The notes beneath the pieces are model-generated. The model saw only the letters and a program-made list of their open reading frames with translations. It was not told the DNA's origin and searched no databases. 64,000 nucleotides of DNA from a virus, in IMG/VR virus record IMGVR_UViG_3300017589_000047, positions 1-64,000 of that record; one strand, given 5' to 3'. Below are positions 8,432 through 16,973 of this stretch, piece after piece (position 1 is the first letter of the stretch; every line of letters begins with the position of its first letter). Both the position numbers and the translations under genes were made by a program.

Positions 8432-8860
8432 CTATACGTCATAATTTGGCTTATAAACACTTTTATATTGAACATCGAATATTTGTATCATAAGATTAAA
8501 ATTATTTGTTAGTTCTATTTTAACAGGCTTTTTAATAGCTGTTTCAATTTCTGTTTGATGGTCCGTAAAATCTTTTAAACATAATCCTACTGGAATATTA
8601 AAAATATACCTATCTCCTAATTCGTTTTTAGATTTCTTAAGCAACTTTGGTAATTTTTTATCCGCGGTGCAATACAAGCCTAAATTTGTAAATAAAATTT
8701 TCCATTTATCTCTCTTAAAGTCGCTAACTAACAATCCACTACTTAAAACAGATAAAACTATACTGCATATTTTTACACAAGGAACTACACTACCAAATAT
8801 AAATAAAAATATACAACCTACTAAGCAATAAATATCTTTCATTAAATTCTTAGTATTCAT
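8432..8860 (-). CDS. Membrane protein, probable N-terminal partner of the FtsK-like ATPase
   Basis: Two hydrophobic helices (CLVGCIFLFIFGSVVPCVKICSIVLSVLSSGLLV), sitting directly upstream of the ATPase gene. Confidence 0.5.
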   Translation of the reverse strand: MNTKNLMKDIYCLVGCIFLFIFGSVVPCVKICSIVLSVLSSGLLVSDFKRDKWKILFTNLGLYCTADKKLPKLLKKSKNELGDRYIFNIPVGLCLKDFTDHQTEIETAIKKPVKIELTNNFNLMIQIFDVQYKSVYKPNYDV

Positions 8861-9019
8861 ATTAATTAATATTGACCTCCTATTCCAACACTTATTCCAT
8901 CAACTATACTTATGCATTAGTACACCAATGTATAGGTTTATAAGTGTATGGACAACTTTATTATTAGACTTATAAGAATGAGTGAAACGGAGTGGAGTGA
9001 TATTCTGTGCCACGATTTT

Positions 9020-9208
9020 TTAAATAATGTTTTTCCTGATTTTTCTAATTTCATCTTTATCATTTGTGCCATATATCCAGTCGTTAAATTCTTCCTTGGT
9101 AATGTTCCCCTCTTTGATTTCATTCCGTAACCCCTTCATTCCTTTTTTATTTGCTTCATGCATACCCTTGTAACACGCTTTTTCAAACATTTTATATGCT
9201 TTACCCAT
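9020..9208 (-). CDS. Small hypothetical protein
   Basis: 62-aa ORF with a GGGGG RBS-like run upstream. Confidence 0.4.
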   Translation of the reverse strand: MGKAYKMFEKACYKGMHEANKKGMKGLRNEIKEGNITKEEFNDWIYGTNDKDEIRKIRKNII

Positions 9209-9217
9209 AATAACCCC

Positions 9218-9406
9218 CTATAAAACAATTTGAAAATTCTCTTGCTCTAACATCTGATTTAAGTAATTAATCTGTGTTTTCTTTAAAGTAATTTCAATAT
9301 AAATTTCTCTATATAAATCAACGTCATTCATAGTTATACGTTTATTTTCAAGTGCCTTAAGGTCCTTTTCTAGTTGTTCAAGTTTGGATAAAATTATTTC
9401 TTTCAT
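9218..9406 (-). CDS. Small coiled-coil hypothetical protein
   Basis: ATG 9406 is preceded by CAGGAGGG. The upstream ATG in the ORF track lacks an RBS. Confidence 0.45.
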   Translation of the reverse strand: MKEIILSKLEQLEKDLKALENKRITMNDVDLYREIYIEITLKKTQINYLNQMLEQENFQIVL

Positions 9407-9516
9407 AAACCCTCCTGATTTCGACAAACAATGTACAAGCTATTTGATAACATGATAAAAACTGCTCAATGCGGTTACTCTCTCTAATGTGCTTGGCGGT
9501 GCGGTGGAGAGAGTTT

Positions 9517-9729
9517 TTATTCAATTGTGAAAAATCCTTGCTTTATTTTGGAGTTCTGCGTTTCTTCTCGTATTTTTTCCTTTTTTAAAAGTTCCTTGAC
9601 AAAGCCACTTCTTCCACTTTTTTTATCTAACCACTTATATAATTCTTCTTCTTCCTTATTATTTTTATACGATATCATGTGATAAAGTTTTGTTTTTCCG
9701 TTTTTTATGCTTTTACTCATTAATTTCAC
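9517..9729 (-). CDS. Small basic hypothetical protein
   Basis: 70-aa ORF with a GGAGGTG RBS. Confidence 0.45.
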   Translation of the reverse strand: MKLMSKSIKNGKTKLYHMISYKNNKEEEELYKWLDKKSGRSGFVKELLKKEKIREETQNSKIKQGFFTIE

Positions 9730-9847
9730 CTCCTAATAATTTATATGCTTTCTATTACTAATATATGATTATTATTATTTTTTGTTACTGAATTTCATTA
9801 AATATAATAAATTTGCATAAAAAAATAACCAGAATTGTTTCTCCTGG

Positions 9848-10546
9848 CTATCTCTGCTTTTTATATTCATTATTGTACCATTCTATAAATTCACCATGCA
9901 ATTTTTTCTTTGCTTCTTGATAAGCTTCACTTGCATCTTCCGCTTTATCAAATCTACCTAAAAAATAATGTTTTTTCTTAAACCCTATTTGTGCAATAAA
10001 TTTATTACGTTTTTCATCAAAGCATACTCCTTTAAAACCTGTTTTATTAGTTTTCAACAATTTGTTGCTTTTAATAACTTTAATATGCGTATTCTGAATA
10101 ACATTTTCTTTAACATTTAATTCGCCAATCCGTTTACCATAAATCGAACGTAATTCGTCTGTTAAGCATCCGCAACTTTGAACCCTTTTCCCTGTTAAAT
10201 CACCCTCACTAACTTCCTTAATATTTCCACATTTGCATTCACATTTCCAAACAACGCATCCGTTTTCAGCTCGTTTCTTAGTAGGCTCTATTGCTTTAAG
10301 CCTCCCAAATATTTGATTTGTTAAATTATTAGTTTTAAACTGCGTTGATTCCATAGAGCAACCACAACTTTTTTGGCCTCTAGTTATGCAATCTGCACGT
10401 ATCCATTTCTCGTTTTCGCAATCGCATTTACAGTAATAAAAAGTTCGCGTTCTGCCCTTATCGTCTAGTTCCCTTTTTCTCTTTAATATTTCCAGCATTC
10501 CGATTTTTTGCCCTGTTAAGTCCATTGACTTTGACATACTTATCAC
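9848..10546 (-). CDS. AP2-domain DNA-binding protein with two N-terminal Cys-rich modules
   Basis: C-terminus TGFKGVCFDEKRNKFIAQIGFKKKHYFLGRFDKAEDASEAYQEAKKK is an AP2/ERF-type fold signature. The N-terminus has CKCDCxxE...CGCS and CECKCGN...CGCL. Confidence 0.65.
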   Translation of the reverse strand: MISMSKSMDLTGQKIGMLEILKRKRELDDKGRTRTFYYCKCDCENEKWIRADCITRGQKSCGCSMESTQFKTNNLTNQIFGRLKAIEPTKKRAENGCVVWKCECKCGNIKEVSEGDLTGKRVQSCGCLTDELRSIYGKRIGELNVKENVIQNTHIKVIKSNKLLKTNKTGFKGVCFDEKRNKFIAQIGFKKKHYFLGRFDKAEDASEAYQEAKKKLHGEFIEWYNNEYKKQR

Positions 10547-10560
10547 CCACTTAACATCTT

Positions 10561-11970
10561 TTAATTAATAATATTTTTATATATTGACCTGAGAACCTTT
10601 TCTTCATTTTGCTGATTGAGATATACTACTTTGATGTTTTTCCCCTCGATAGCAGACATTATTTTATAGTAAATGCTATGATTAAGATAGTTGGGGTATA
10701 TAAACACAACATTGATATTATCTACTATTCTAGCATCAAAATTCATATTATCAGGATGAACGAAGATAAAACTAGGTAAATTCTCCTTCATTTTTTGTTG
10801 CCACTTCTCATGACCGCCGATTAAGACGGCTTTAAACGACTTTAATCCATCAAGATTGATTTCTATATCCTTGCATTCTATCTGCTTGTCTAAATCAAAT
10901 ATAAACTCTCTTAGTCCGTTCAATTCTTGCCTGTTTCTCTTTTCATCTTCCAATTCTGCTTTAAGACGTATATTTTCTTTTTCTAAAAGTCCATGTGTTT
11001 TTTGAAGCTCTGATAAACCCTGCCTTGCAGTAAATAATTGTTCTTCATTAGCATTTAACAATTTCTCTAGTCCATCTAACTCAACATACATAGTTTCTTT
11101 GTTGTTTTCAAAATACATTTGTTTTACTTGTTTATATGCTTTTATTAGATATAAAATATACATGTAAGATATTAAAAATTTCGTTGCATCTTGAATATTT
11201 TCTAAATTTTCATTTTCTAAAATGTATAAATATAATATAAAATCTATATCACCATCAGTAAATTTAATATCTTGAAATATTGAGTCGCTTGATAATCTTT
11301 CATAATCAAATAAAAACGTGCATTGCTCCATTTTTTTTTCTTCAAGCACATTTCTTACGATATCATCATAGTTTTTAATAATTCCATATTTTTTATATAT
11401 GTCATTCTTCAATTTTTTAATATTGTATTTTCCCGTATCATTTACTTTGTTTAGACTAATTCTCGTATTTAAAGCGTCTTTATAATGTCCTAGCCTATCA
11501 TGCATCATCATTAAAATTTCATTGTATTTTTCATCTCTTATAATCTCATTGCCATTATTTAGTGATAGAATCAATAAAATATTAAAATTGTAATCTATGG
11601 GATTATCATTTGAATCCATATTGTTTTTGAATTTTTTAGCAAATGCTTTGTGATAATCTTGAAATTTAATAACTTGATGATTTTCTACATACAAATAGGT
11701 CCATCTATAAGCTTTGAATATTAAATCATATAATTTATCGTTAATTTCTTCATTTTTTCCAGCTGCTGCAATTATACCTAATATCTTTTTACAATATTCT
11801 TCTTGTAACAATGAGCCTTCTGTTACCATTTGATGATTATATAATTCATGCTCTTTAGCTGCTTTATAAAATTCGTATTTATTTGCTTGATAAACCTTAT
11901 CTATGTCTTTATATATTTTTTTATTATTTCCTAGTGCCTCAATTATAAATGGTAGCAGATTCAATTCCAT
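10561..11970 (-). CDS. 469-aa hypothetical protein: helical N-terminus, central coiled coil, DUF2325-like C-terminus
   Basis: C-terminus AVLIGGHEKWQQKMKENLPSFIFVHPDNMNFDARIVDNINVVFIYPNYLNHSIYYKI resembles the DUF2325 pattern (GG...D-V-I...sH). GGAGG RBS. Confidence 0.5.
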   Translation of the reverse strand: MELNLLPFIIEALGNNKKIYKDIDKVYQANKYEFYKAAKEHELYNHQMVTEGSLLQEEYCKKILGIIAAAGKNEEINDKLYDLIFKAYRWTYLYVENHQVIKFQDYHKAFAKKFKNNMDSNDNPIDYNFNILLILSLNNGNEIIRDEKYNEILMMMHDRLGHYKDALNTRISLNKVNDTGKYNIKKLKNDIYKKYGIIKNYDDIVRNVLEEKKMEQCTFLFDYERLSSDSIFQDIKFTDGDIDFILYLYILENENLENIQDATKFLISYMYILYLIKAYKQVKQMYFENNKETMYVELDGLEKLLNANEEQLFTARQGLSELQKTHGLLEKENIRLKAELEDEKRNRQELNGLREFIFDLDKQIECKDIEINLDGLKSFKAVLIGGHEKWQQKMKENLPSFIFVHPDNMNFDARIVDNINVVFIYPNYLNHSIYYKIMSAIEGKNIKVVYLNQQNEEKVLRSIYKNIIN

Positions 11971-11999
11971 GGATTGATTTCCTCCCTGATAAAAAAAAT

Positions 12000-12473
12000 T
12001 TATTTCATGCTTGCTTTTAACTCATTCAACAATCTTTCTTTTTCTTTCTTATAAACTTCAAATGCTTTTTGAGGAGTATCAAAACTTCCTAATTCATATC
12101 TCTTTTTATTGTAATTTATTCTTGCTATATATTTTTTATTTTTTATTATTACCCCTTGAAATCCTGCCTTATTTGACGTATTAATTCTATTTAGTCCACT
12201 TATAGTTCTAATCTTTTTTATGTGCATGCTTCTGTTTACGTTTTTCTTATAACACCCACAACTTATAGTATTGAGTTGTTTTAAATTCTGAGCATCAACT
12301 ATAATTTCATTTCCACACCTACATATACATAACCATCTAGCTCTCTTTATACCTTTACAATTCCGGTTTTCTGCTCTTTTTATGACTTTTAAAAATCCAA
12401 AAATTTTATTAGTTAAATCATCTGCCTTTCTTCCCATATAATCACCCATATTATTGTAAAATATTTTGTACAT
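12000..12473 (-). CDS. AP2-domain DNA-binding protein (shorter paralog of 9848..10546)
   Basis: CICRCGNEIIV...SCGCY followed by AGFQGVIIKNKKYIARINYNKKRYELGSFDTPQKAFEVYKKEK. Confidence 0.65.
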   Translation of the reverse strand: MYKIFYNNMGDYMGRKADDLTNKIFGFLKVIKRAENRNCKGIKRARWLCICRCGNEIIVDAQNLKQLNTISCGCYKKNVNRSMHIKKIRTISGLNRINTSNKAGFQGVIIKNKKYIARINYNKKRYELGSFDTPQKAFEVYKKEKERLLNELKASMK

Positions 12474-12539
12474 TATAACATAAAATATAAAAAAGGGGAA
12501 TAAAAATCCCCATGAATTTTCAAATGTGTCAATAAACCC

Positions 12540-12680
12540 CTATGCTTCTTCAACTTCGTAAACTTCATAATTTATATTTGCTTCTATATCCATATCCAAT
12601 GTATCAAGCACCATTGTTTTTGCTTGTTCCTCTGTTTCTGCTTCTACATCAAATCTAATAAAAACTCCGTATTTCGCCAT
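12540..12680 (-). CDS. 46-aa acidic hypothetical protein (not in ORF track)
   Basis: ATG 12680 follows CATGGAGG. It reads MAKYGVFIRFDVEAETEEQAKTMVLDTLDMDIEANINYEVYEVEEA, and its TAG stop lies inside junction repeat (a). Confidence 0.5.
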   Translation of the reverse strand: MAKYGVFIRFDVEAETEEQAKTMVLDTLDMDIEANINYEVYEVEEA

Positions 12681-12719
12681 TTCAAACCTCCATGAATTTT
12701 TGAAACTCTCTATAAACCC

Positions 12720-13325
12720 CTATACAGTTCCTAATCCCTTTCTATTTGCGAACTTACTTTGCAATTCATCAATCGCGACATGTGTATAAATCATTGTGGT
12801 AGCTAAATTTGCATGTCCTAACAGGTCCTGAATTTCTCTTATGTTAAAATCTCCGCTTCGCAAAATATCAGTTGCAAATGAATGCCTTAATTTATGAGGA
12901 CTAACCTTTTTCTTTTCTGTTCCATCTTGAATAAATACGCCTGCACGTTCTGACATCCTGTAACATACTTCCCTTATATAATGCGTGTCAATAATGCCAC
13001 CTTTCATGGTACAGAAAAAATAATTACTTTCTGGTCTAAATTTTAACCATTCCAAACAAGCTTTTATAACATCCGTGTCCATTGGTATATATCTATCTTT
13101 CTTTTTGTCTTTTTTTCCCTTTGACTGCTGCACGTATATCAATTTAGTTTCAAAATTTACATCCGATAAAGCTAATTTTGCTACTTCTGACACTCTTAAC
13201 CCTGCTCTATACATCATCATTAGCATTGCATAGTTTCTGCATCCAGTCGGACATTTAGTATTTATTTCTGATAGCATTTTCAATGCATCTGTTTGACTTA
13301 TTGTTTTTGGTAATTTTAAAGACAT
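12720..13325 (-). CDS. Catalytic-core-only tyrosine recombinase (Xer-like, 201 aa)
   Basis: RAGLRVSEV...HKLRHSFAT...LLGH...TMIYTH gives the R..H-x-x-R..H..Y set. There is no N-terminal core-binding (SAM-like) domain. Confidence 0.8.
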   Translation of the reverse strand: MSLKLPKTISQTDALKMLSEINTKCPTGCRNYAMLMMMYRAGLRVSEVAKLALSDVNFETKLIYVQQSKGKKDKKKDRYIPMDTDVIKACLEWLKFRPESNYFFCTMKGGIIDTHYIREVCYRMSERAGVFIQDGTEKKKVSPHKLRHSFATDILRSGDFNIREIQDLLGHANLATTMIYTHVAIDELQSKFANRKGLGTV

Positions 13326-13344
13326 TCCATTTCCTCCCTATGAA

Positions 13345-13530
13345 TTAAATTATTCTAAATTTTATATTATCAAAAGTATTTGCATCTGGAACCATAGCTC
13401 CATCTGCTTCCATTTTTTCTAAATCGTCATAATAATTTTTGGCTTTCTGAACAGCTTACATTTTGCTATTTGCTTCAAACTCACGAATATACTTATATGT
13501 TTCAGTTATTTCTACTTTGTATTTTTTCAA
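13345..13530 (-). pseudogene. Small ORF interrupted by one in-frame TAA (24 + 36 codons)
   Basis: TTG 13530 follows GGGAGGTG. Hand translation: MKKYKVEITETYKYIREFEANSKM*AVQKAKNYYDDLEKMEADGAMVPDANTFDNIKFRII*. Confidence 0.4.
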
Positions 13531-13571
13531 ATAAACACCTCCCATGAATTAAAATTTTCTCTTATAAACCC

Positions 13572-13940
13572 CTATATCATTTCAAATCTAAGCTTAATTG
13601 CTTCTATAAAATAATCCTTGTTTTCGCCAGCATAAGCAAATATATTTATTACTGTATAATTGTATGCTTCATCGTCTTCGAATCCATCAAAACTATTAAA
13701 CAAGTTAAATGCTAATTTACAGCAAGCCATAGTTCCGCTTGTTTGCCATCCGCTATTTAAGCCTTTAAATTCAATATGATTTTCTTTAAAATTATACAAT
13801 GTATTAATATTTTTTCTTGTTTCTTGAAACATTGATAACAAATAAAACAAACTGATACGTTCAACATCACCGGAACTTAAGTTTGCATTTCTGATAAATC
13901 TTTCATATCCTTGTTGATGTTCTGCGTTTTTAAATTTCAT
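13572..13940 (-). CDS. Hypothetical protein
   Basis: ATG 13940 follows CATGGAGGTAGTT. The upstream ATG in the ORF track is part of the junction repeat. Confidence 0.55.
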   Translation of the reverse strand: MKFKNAEHQQGYERFIRNANLSSGDVERISLFYLLSMFQETRKNINTLYNFKENHIEFKGLNSGWQTSGTMACCKLAFNLFNSFDGFEDDEAYNYTVINIFAYAGENKDYFIEAIKLRFEMI

Positions 13941-14085
13941 AACTACCTCCATGAATTTTTAGGAAGGTCAATAAACCTTCCTTGATTTTTAGGCGGTCAT
14001 GATCTATAATACATATACCACCTTAATTGGTGTGTTGGTGTAGCATCTTAATAGCTTTGGTCGGCTCGTGCTACACCATTTTTAT

Positions 14086-14343
14086 TTACATTTCATTTAA
14101 TCTAATTGCTATTTTGTTCCCGTCTTGGACTGCTCCACCAAACGCATACAGATTATTATAAACCGCATTAAATGTTCCGTCATTTGCAACGTGTCCTGTT
14201 TTTTCAAATCCTTTTGTTGATAAAAAGTCATTTACAAAGTCGATTAAATTATCAACTGTTCTGCTTACTTTGATTTCAAAAAGTATTGATACTTGACCTT
14301 TTTTCAAACTTGGATTGCTTACAAATTGTTTATATCCCGTCAT
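14086..14343 (-). CDS. Hypothetical protein
   Basis: 85-aa ORF. GGAGGTATAGAAA-ATG is coupled to the upstream stop. Confidence 0.5.
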   Translation of the reverse strand: MTGYKQFVSNPSLKKGQVSILFEIKVSRTVDNLIDFVNDFLSTKGFEKTGHVANDGTFNAVYNNLYAFGGAVQDGNKIAIRLNEM

Positions 14344-14346
14344 TTT

Positions 14347-14784
14347 CTATACCTCCAATCTTAAAATTAAATCCAATGCTTCTTGCCTATACTTCCAATT
14401 ATTCCAGGCCTTTTTTAAATTTTCCCTTAGCTCCGCTGGCACTGTTTCAAGTTGCAAATTCAACAATTCGTTTTCAATCTTTTTAAGTTCTTGCTCTTTT
14501 TTCCAGCAAGCAACAATGTTATAATCAGTTACATCTAATCCAGCTTTTTTGTTTTCCTCAAATACCAGCTTGCAATAATTTTTAAAGTCTGCCTCACTCA
14601 TTAAAAAGTCGCTTGATGGATCTGTTATTCTTTTGCCTTCATCTTCTGTTATAAAGCAATTTTCATTTAATGCTCTTCGCTTGTTTTCTCCGTCGATTTC
14701 TTTCAGTGTCTCAACTTCTGCGTTTATCAATAAATATTTCTGTTGCTTGCTTCTGATTTGTAATCTTAATTTATTGTCTAACAT
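14347..14784 (-). CDS. Hypothetical protein
   Basis: ATG 14784 follows CATGGAGGATTTAAAA. It is the first gene after the triple junction repeat. Confidence 0.55.
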   Translation of the reverse strand: MLDNKLRLQIRSKQQKYLLINAEVETLKEIDGENKRRALNENCFITEDEGKRITDPSSDFLMSEADFKNYCKLVFEENKKAGLDVTDYNIVACWKKEQELKKIENELLNLQLETVPAELRENLKKAWNNWKYRQEALDLILRLEV

Positions 14785-15067
14785 TTTTAAATCCTCCATG
14801 AATTTAATTTTTGATTAATAAACCTACGAATTAAATATTATGTCTATAAACCCCTACAAGCCCATGAATCTTTTCGAGTGTCTATAAACCCCCTCGTTAA
14901 TGAGTAAAATCTAGGGAAAATCACAAGACGTATACTGATAATGACAATCAATATCATTTAGATGTCTGTAAGTGTTAAGGTCCATTTCTGGACCCGTCGG
15001 AATCTTGCCAGCTCCCCAAATTGAGGACAACCTCGGGACTTTTAATCGTTTTCGTACGATTCTCTCT

Positions 15068-15628
15068 CTAAACGTCTAAACGTCTTTGCTCTTCTTCCCA
15101 AACTTCGTGTGCTTCTCTTTCTTCTTTGTTTGCTATATCAATATTTATTCTTTCAATCGCATCTGCAAATTTGCTGCTTGCTGTTTCAGAAAATTCGTCT
15201 GAAATCAAATATTCTCTATGTTCAGAATCCATTTTGTCAATTACTTCACTGTAATTTTTCTTTACAAAATCGTAAAAATTGTATTCGTAATCGTCGCTGT
15301 CCTCGTCTTGATTGTCAAAAGCTGCTTTAATTTCCTTGTAATTTTCTTGACATTCTAAAGTTTCATCAAAATCGTAGTCATAACCGTCCGAACCAACAGA
15401 CCAACCCTCACCGCTTGCTACTACAAACGCATCACCATCATAAACACTACTACTAAAACTGTTTTGCCCCATCATTCCAGTTGTCCAAGGTTCTAAATCA
15501 TCATCTATCAATAGATCTGTTCTCCAGCTACTGTCAAATCCTTCTGCTTCTTTCATAGCTTCAACTATTTTTTCAATAACTGCATCTTCATTGTTTTCTA
15601 GGTATTCTCTAATTTTTAATAAATTCAT
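15068..15628 (-). CDS. Highly acidic protein (possible DNA mimic / anti-restriction; function unknown)
   Basis: About 30% D+E, with runs such as DGYDYDFDE and NQDEDSDDYEY. No match to ArdA motifs that I can recall. Confidence 0.55.
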   Translation of the reverse strand: MNLLKIREYLENNEDAVIEKIVEAMKEAEGFDSSWRTDLLIDDDLEPWTTGMMGQNSFSSSVYDGDAFVVASGEGWSVGSDGYDYDFDETLECQENYKEIKAAFDNQDEDSDDYEYNFYDFVKKNYSEVIDKMDSEHREYLISDEFSETASSKFADAIERINIDIANKEEREAHEVWEEEQRRLDV

Positions 15629-15758
15629 TTTCAATTTTGTTGCAACCTTTGCCGCAACTCTCCTATTTTTTATTCCCTTTTTCAGGTTGAGCGGTGAGCC
15701 TTTCGGCTCTGCGGGATTTCACCACCATCGACCCTTGCCCTGTTTGGGTTTATACCAT

Positions 15759-15815
15759 TTACATTTGTTTGGCTCTTTCTTTTAAATATTTAATATAATC
15801 ATTAATTTCTGTCAT
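15759..15815 (-). CDS. 18-codon mini-ORF with a strong RBS (leader-peptide-like)
   Basis: GGAGGTAACAAA-ATG at 15815 reads MTEINDYIKYLKERAKQM. It is immediately followed by the GC-rich structured spacer. Confidence 0.35.
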   Translation of the reverse strand: MTEINDYIKYLKERAKQM

Positions 15816-15878
15816 TTTGTTACCTCCGATTTATTTTATATTATTTTTATTGTTGTACCACTGGACAACATTTAATTT

Positions 15879-16157
15879 TTATATATTGAAACTTTTTATA
15901 TAATTATCTAATTCAATTTTATCAAAATAATCTTTTGGGAAGTAACAAGCTATTGCTTTTTTTATTCCATTTATTGCCCCTTTATATGTTTTATATCTAT
16001 TGCAATCTGAATAATATTCCTCTTGATTATTTGTTATTTCTGAAAAATACGAATCTTTCTGCATGATTACATATTCATCATCAATTAGATTTATTTTATA
16101 AAAATTTCTGTATTGATTTTCTCTTTCTTTTAATTCCTTTATTTCTTCATTTTTCAT
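15879..16157 (-). CDS. Hypothetical protein
   Basis: ATG 16157 lies 8 nt after GGAGG. The longer ORF-track version would run through a GC-rich hairpin region. Confidence 0.5.
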   Translation of the reverse strand: MKNEEIKELKERENQYRNFYKINLIDDEYVIMQKDSYFSEITNNQEEYYSDCNRYKTYKGAINGIKKAIACYFPKDYFDKIELDNYIKSFNI

Positions 16158-16238
16158 TGATAAAACCTCCGATTTTGTAACTGGGCTTGCGACCAGTTCG
16201 CGCATTGCCAGGTATTTATTCCCCGTCACTCTGCTTGT

Positions 16239-16649
16239 TTAATTTGCCATTTGATGCATTAACTCTTCGATGTCTTTTATTATTGCGCTGTTTAAATCAT
16301 TTGTGGTTAATACACTTACTATATATTGACCGTCGTCGTCAGTGTATCTTTCTGCAAGTCCTCGAAGTTTGTTCTGCATTCCTTCTCTGTCAAAGTCTAA
16401 ACCTTGTTCAAAAGCTAAAGAAGGGATTTCACGAATTACGATTGACCTTTTTCCGTTGTAATCATCATAGTAGATGTTTTTATTGTTTGGGTCGTCTGCT
16501 TCATTTATGATTATGTGTAGTGTATGCAAGCAGTTCCATCTTGGAGTTATGAATAAATCCTTTTCAAATTCAACATCCATTTTATCTTGTATTATTTGAG
16601 CTAACCAGCTTGTGTCTTGAAGTTTTCTTACACTGTTTGATGTTTTCAT
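16239..16649 (-). CDS. Hypothetical protein
   Basis: 136-aa ORF whose start overlaps the upstream stop (TAATG). Confidence 0.55.
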   Translation of the reverse strand: MKTSNSVRKLQDTSWLAQIIQDKMDVEFEKDLFITPRWNCLHTLHIIINEADDPNNKNIYYDDYNGKRSIVIREIPSLAFEQGLDFDREGMQNKLRGLAERYTDDDGQYIVSVLTTNDLNSAIIKDIEELMHQMAN

Positions 16650-16789
16650 TACATTGCCTTCGTTTTTACAAAATATCTATAACCGCCATATGCATTATCC
16701 ATTTTATCCTTTTTAGTCTTAGCTCTTTTTTCTGATGTATAAGTTCCGATTGTTTCCCCTGTTTGCCTATCCATTACCAAGTATTTCAT
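16649..16789 (-). CDS. 46-aa hypothetical protein (not in ORF track)
   Basis: GGAGGTATTGGAA-ATG at 16789 reads MKYLVMDRQTGETIGTYTSEKRAKTKKDKMDNAYGGYRYFVKTKAM. It is the first gene of the leftward operon. Confidence 0.45.
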   Translation of the reverse strand: MKYLVMDRQTGETIGTYTSEKRAKTKKDKMDNAYGGYRYFVKTKAM

Positions 16790-16913
16790 TTCCAATACCT
16801 CCGAGTTATTTCTTTAATCTCTATCTGATAATACAATTATACTACCGTTTTTATTGTTTGTCAAGCGTTATTTAAGATATTTTTTATCTTTTTTAAGATT
16901 ATTTTTATTGTGT

Positions 16914-16942
16914 TTGACATTTAAAATATTAAATGATATAGT
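16914..16942 (+). promoter_or_regulatory. Sigma-A-type promoter for the XRE gene of element 2
   Basis: TTGACA (16914-16919), 17 nt, then TATAGT (16937-16942). Confidence 0.5.
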
Positions 16943-16973
16943 CAGAACATCATATATCAGAGAGGTGTTTTTT

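Larger units (their letters stand above)
12508..14893 (-). repeat. Interspersed ~35-nt gene-junction element, at least 7 copies
   Basis: Minus-strand consensus is TAGGGGTTTAT(A/T)GACA-N12-16-AATTCATGGAGG. Copies lie at 12508-12542, 12687-12722, 13538-13574, 13946-13982 (variant), 14793-14826, 14827-14856 and 14861-14893, plus an SD-half only at 13331-13350. Confidence 0.85.

Noticed and set aside
9476-9512. Hairpin ACTCTCTC-(22 nt)-GAGAGAGT plus T5 as a terminator
   Set aside because: The T-run follows the stem only on the + strand, whereas all surrounding genes are on the minus strand. It may be an antisense or insulating terminator, but there is no + strand transcript to terminate that I can identify.
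15635-15758. Cobalamin or c-di-GMP riboswitch (GGTGGTGAAATCCCGC and CAGGGCAA resemble fragments of those consensus sequences)
   Set aside because: It is too short, lacks a B12 box (GCCACTG) and does not reproduce the full GEMM helices. The resemblance is limited to 8-10 nt, so it is kept only as an unclassified structured leader.
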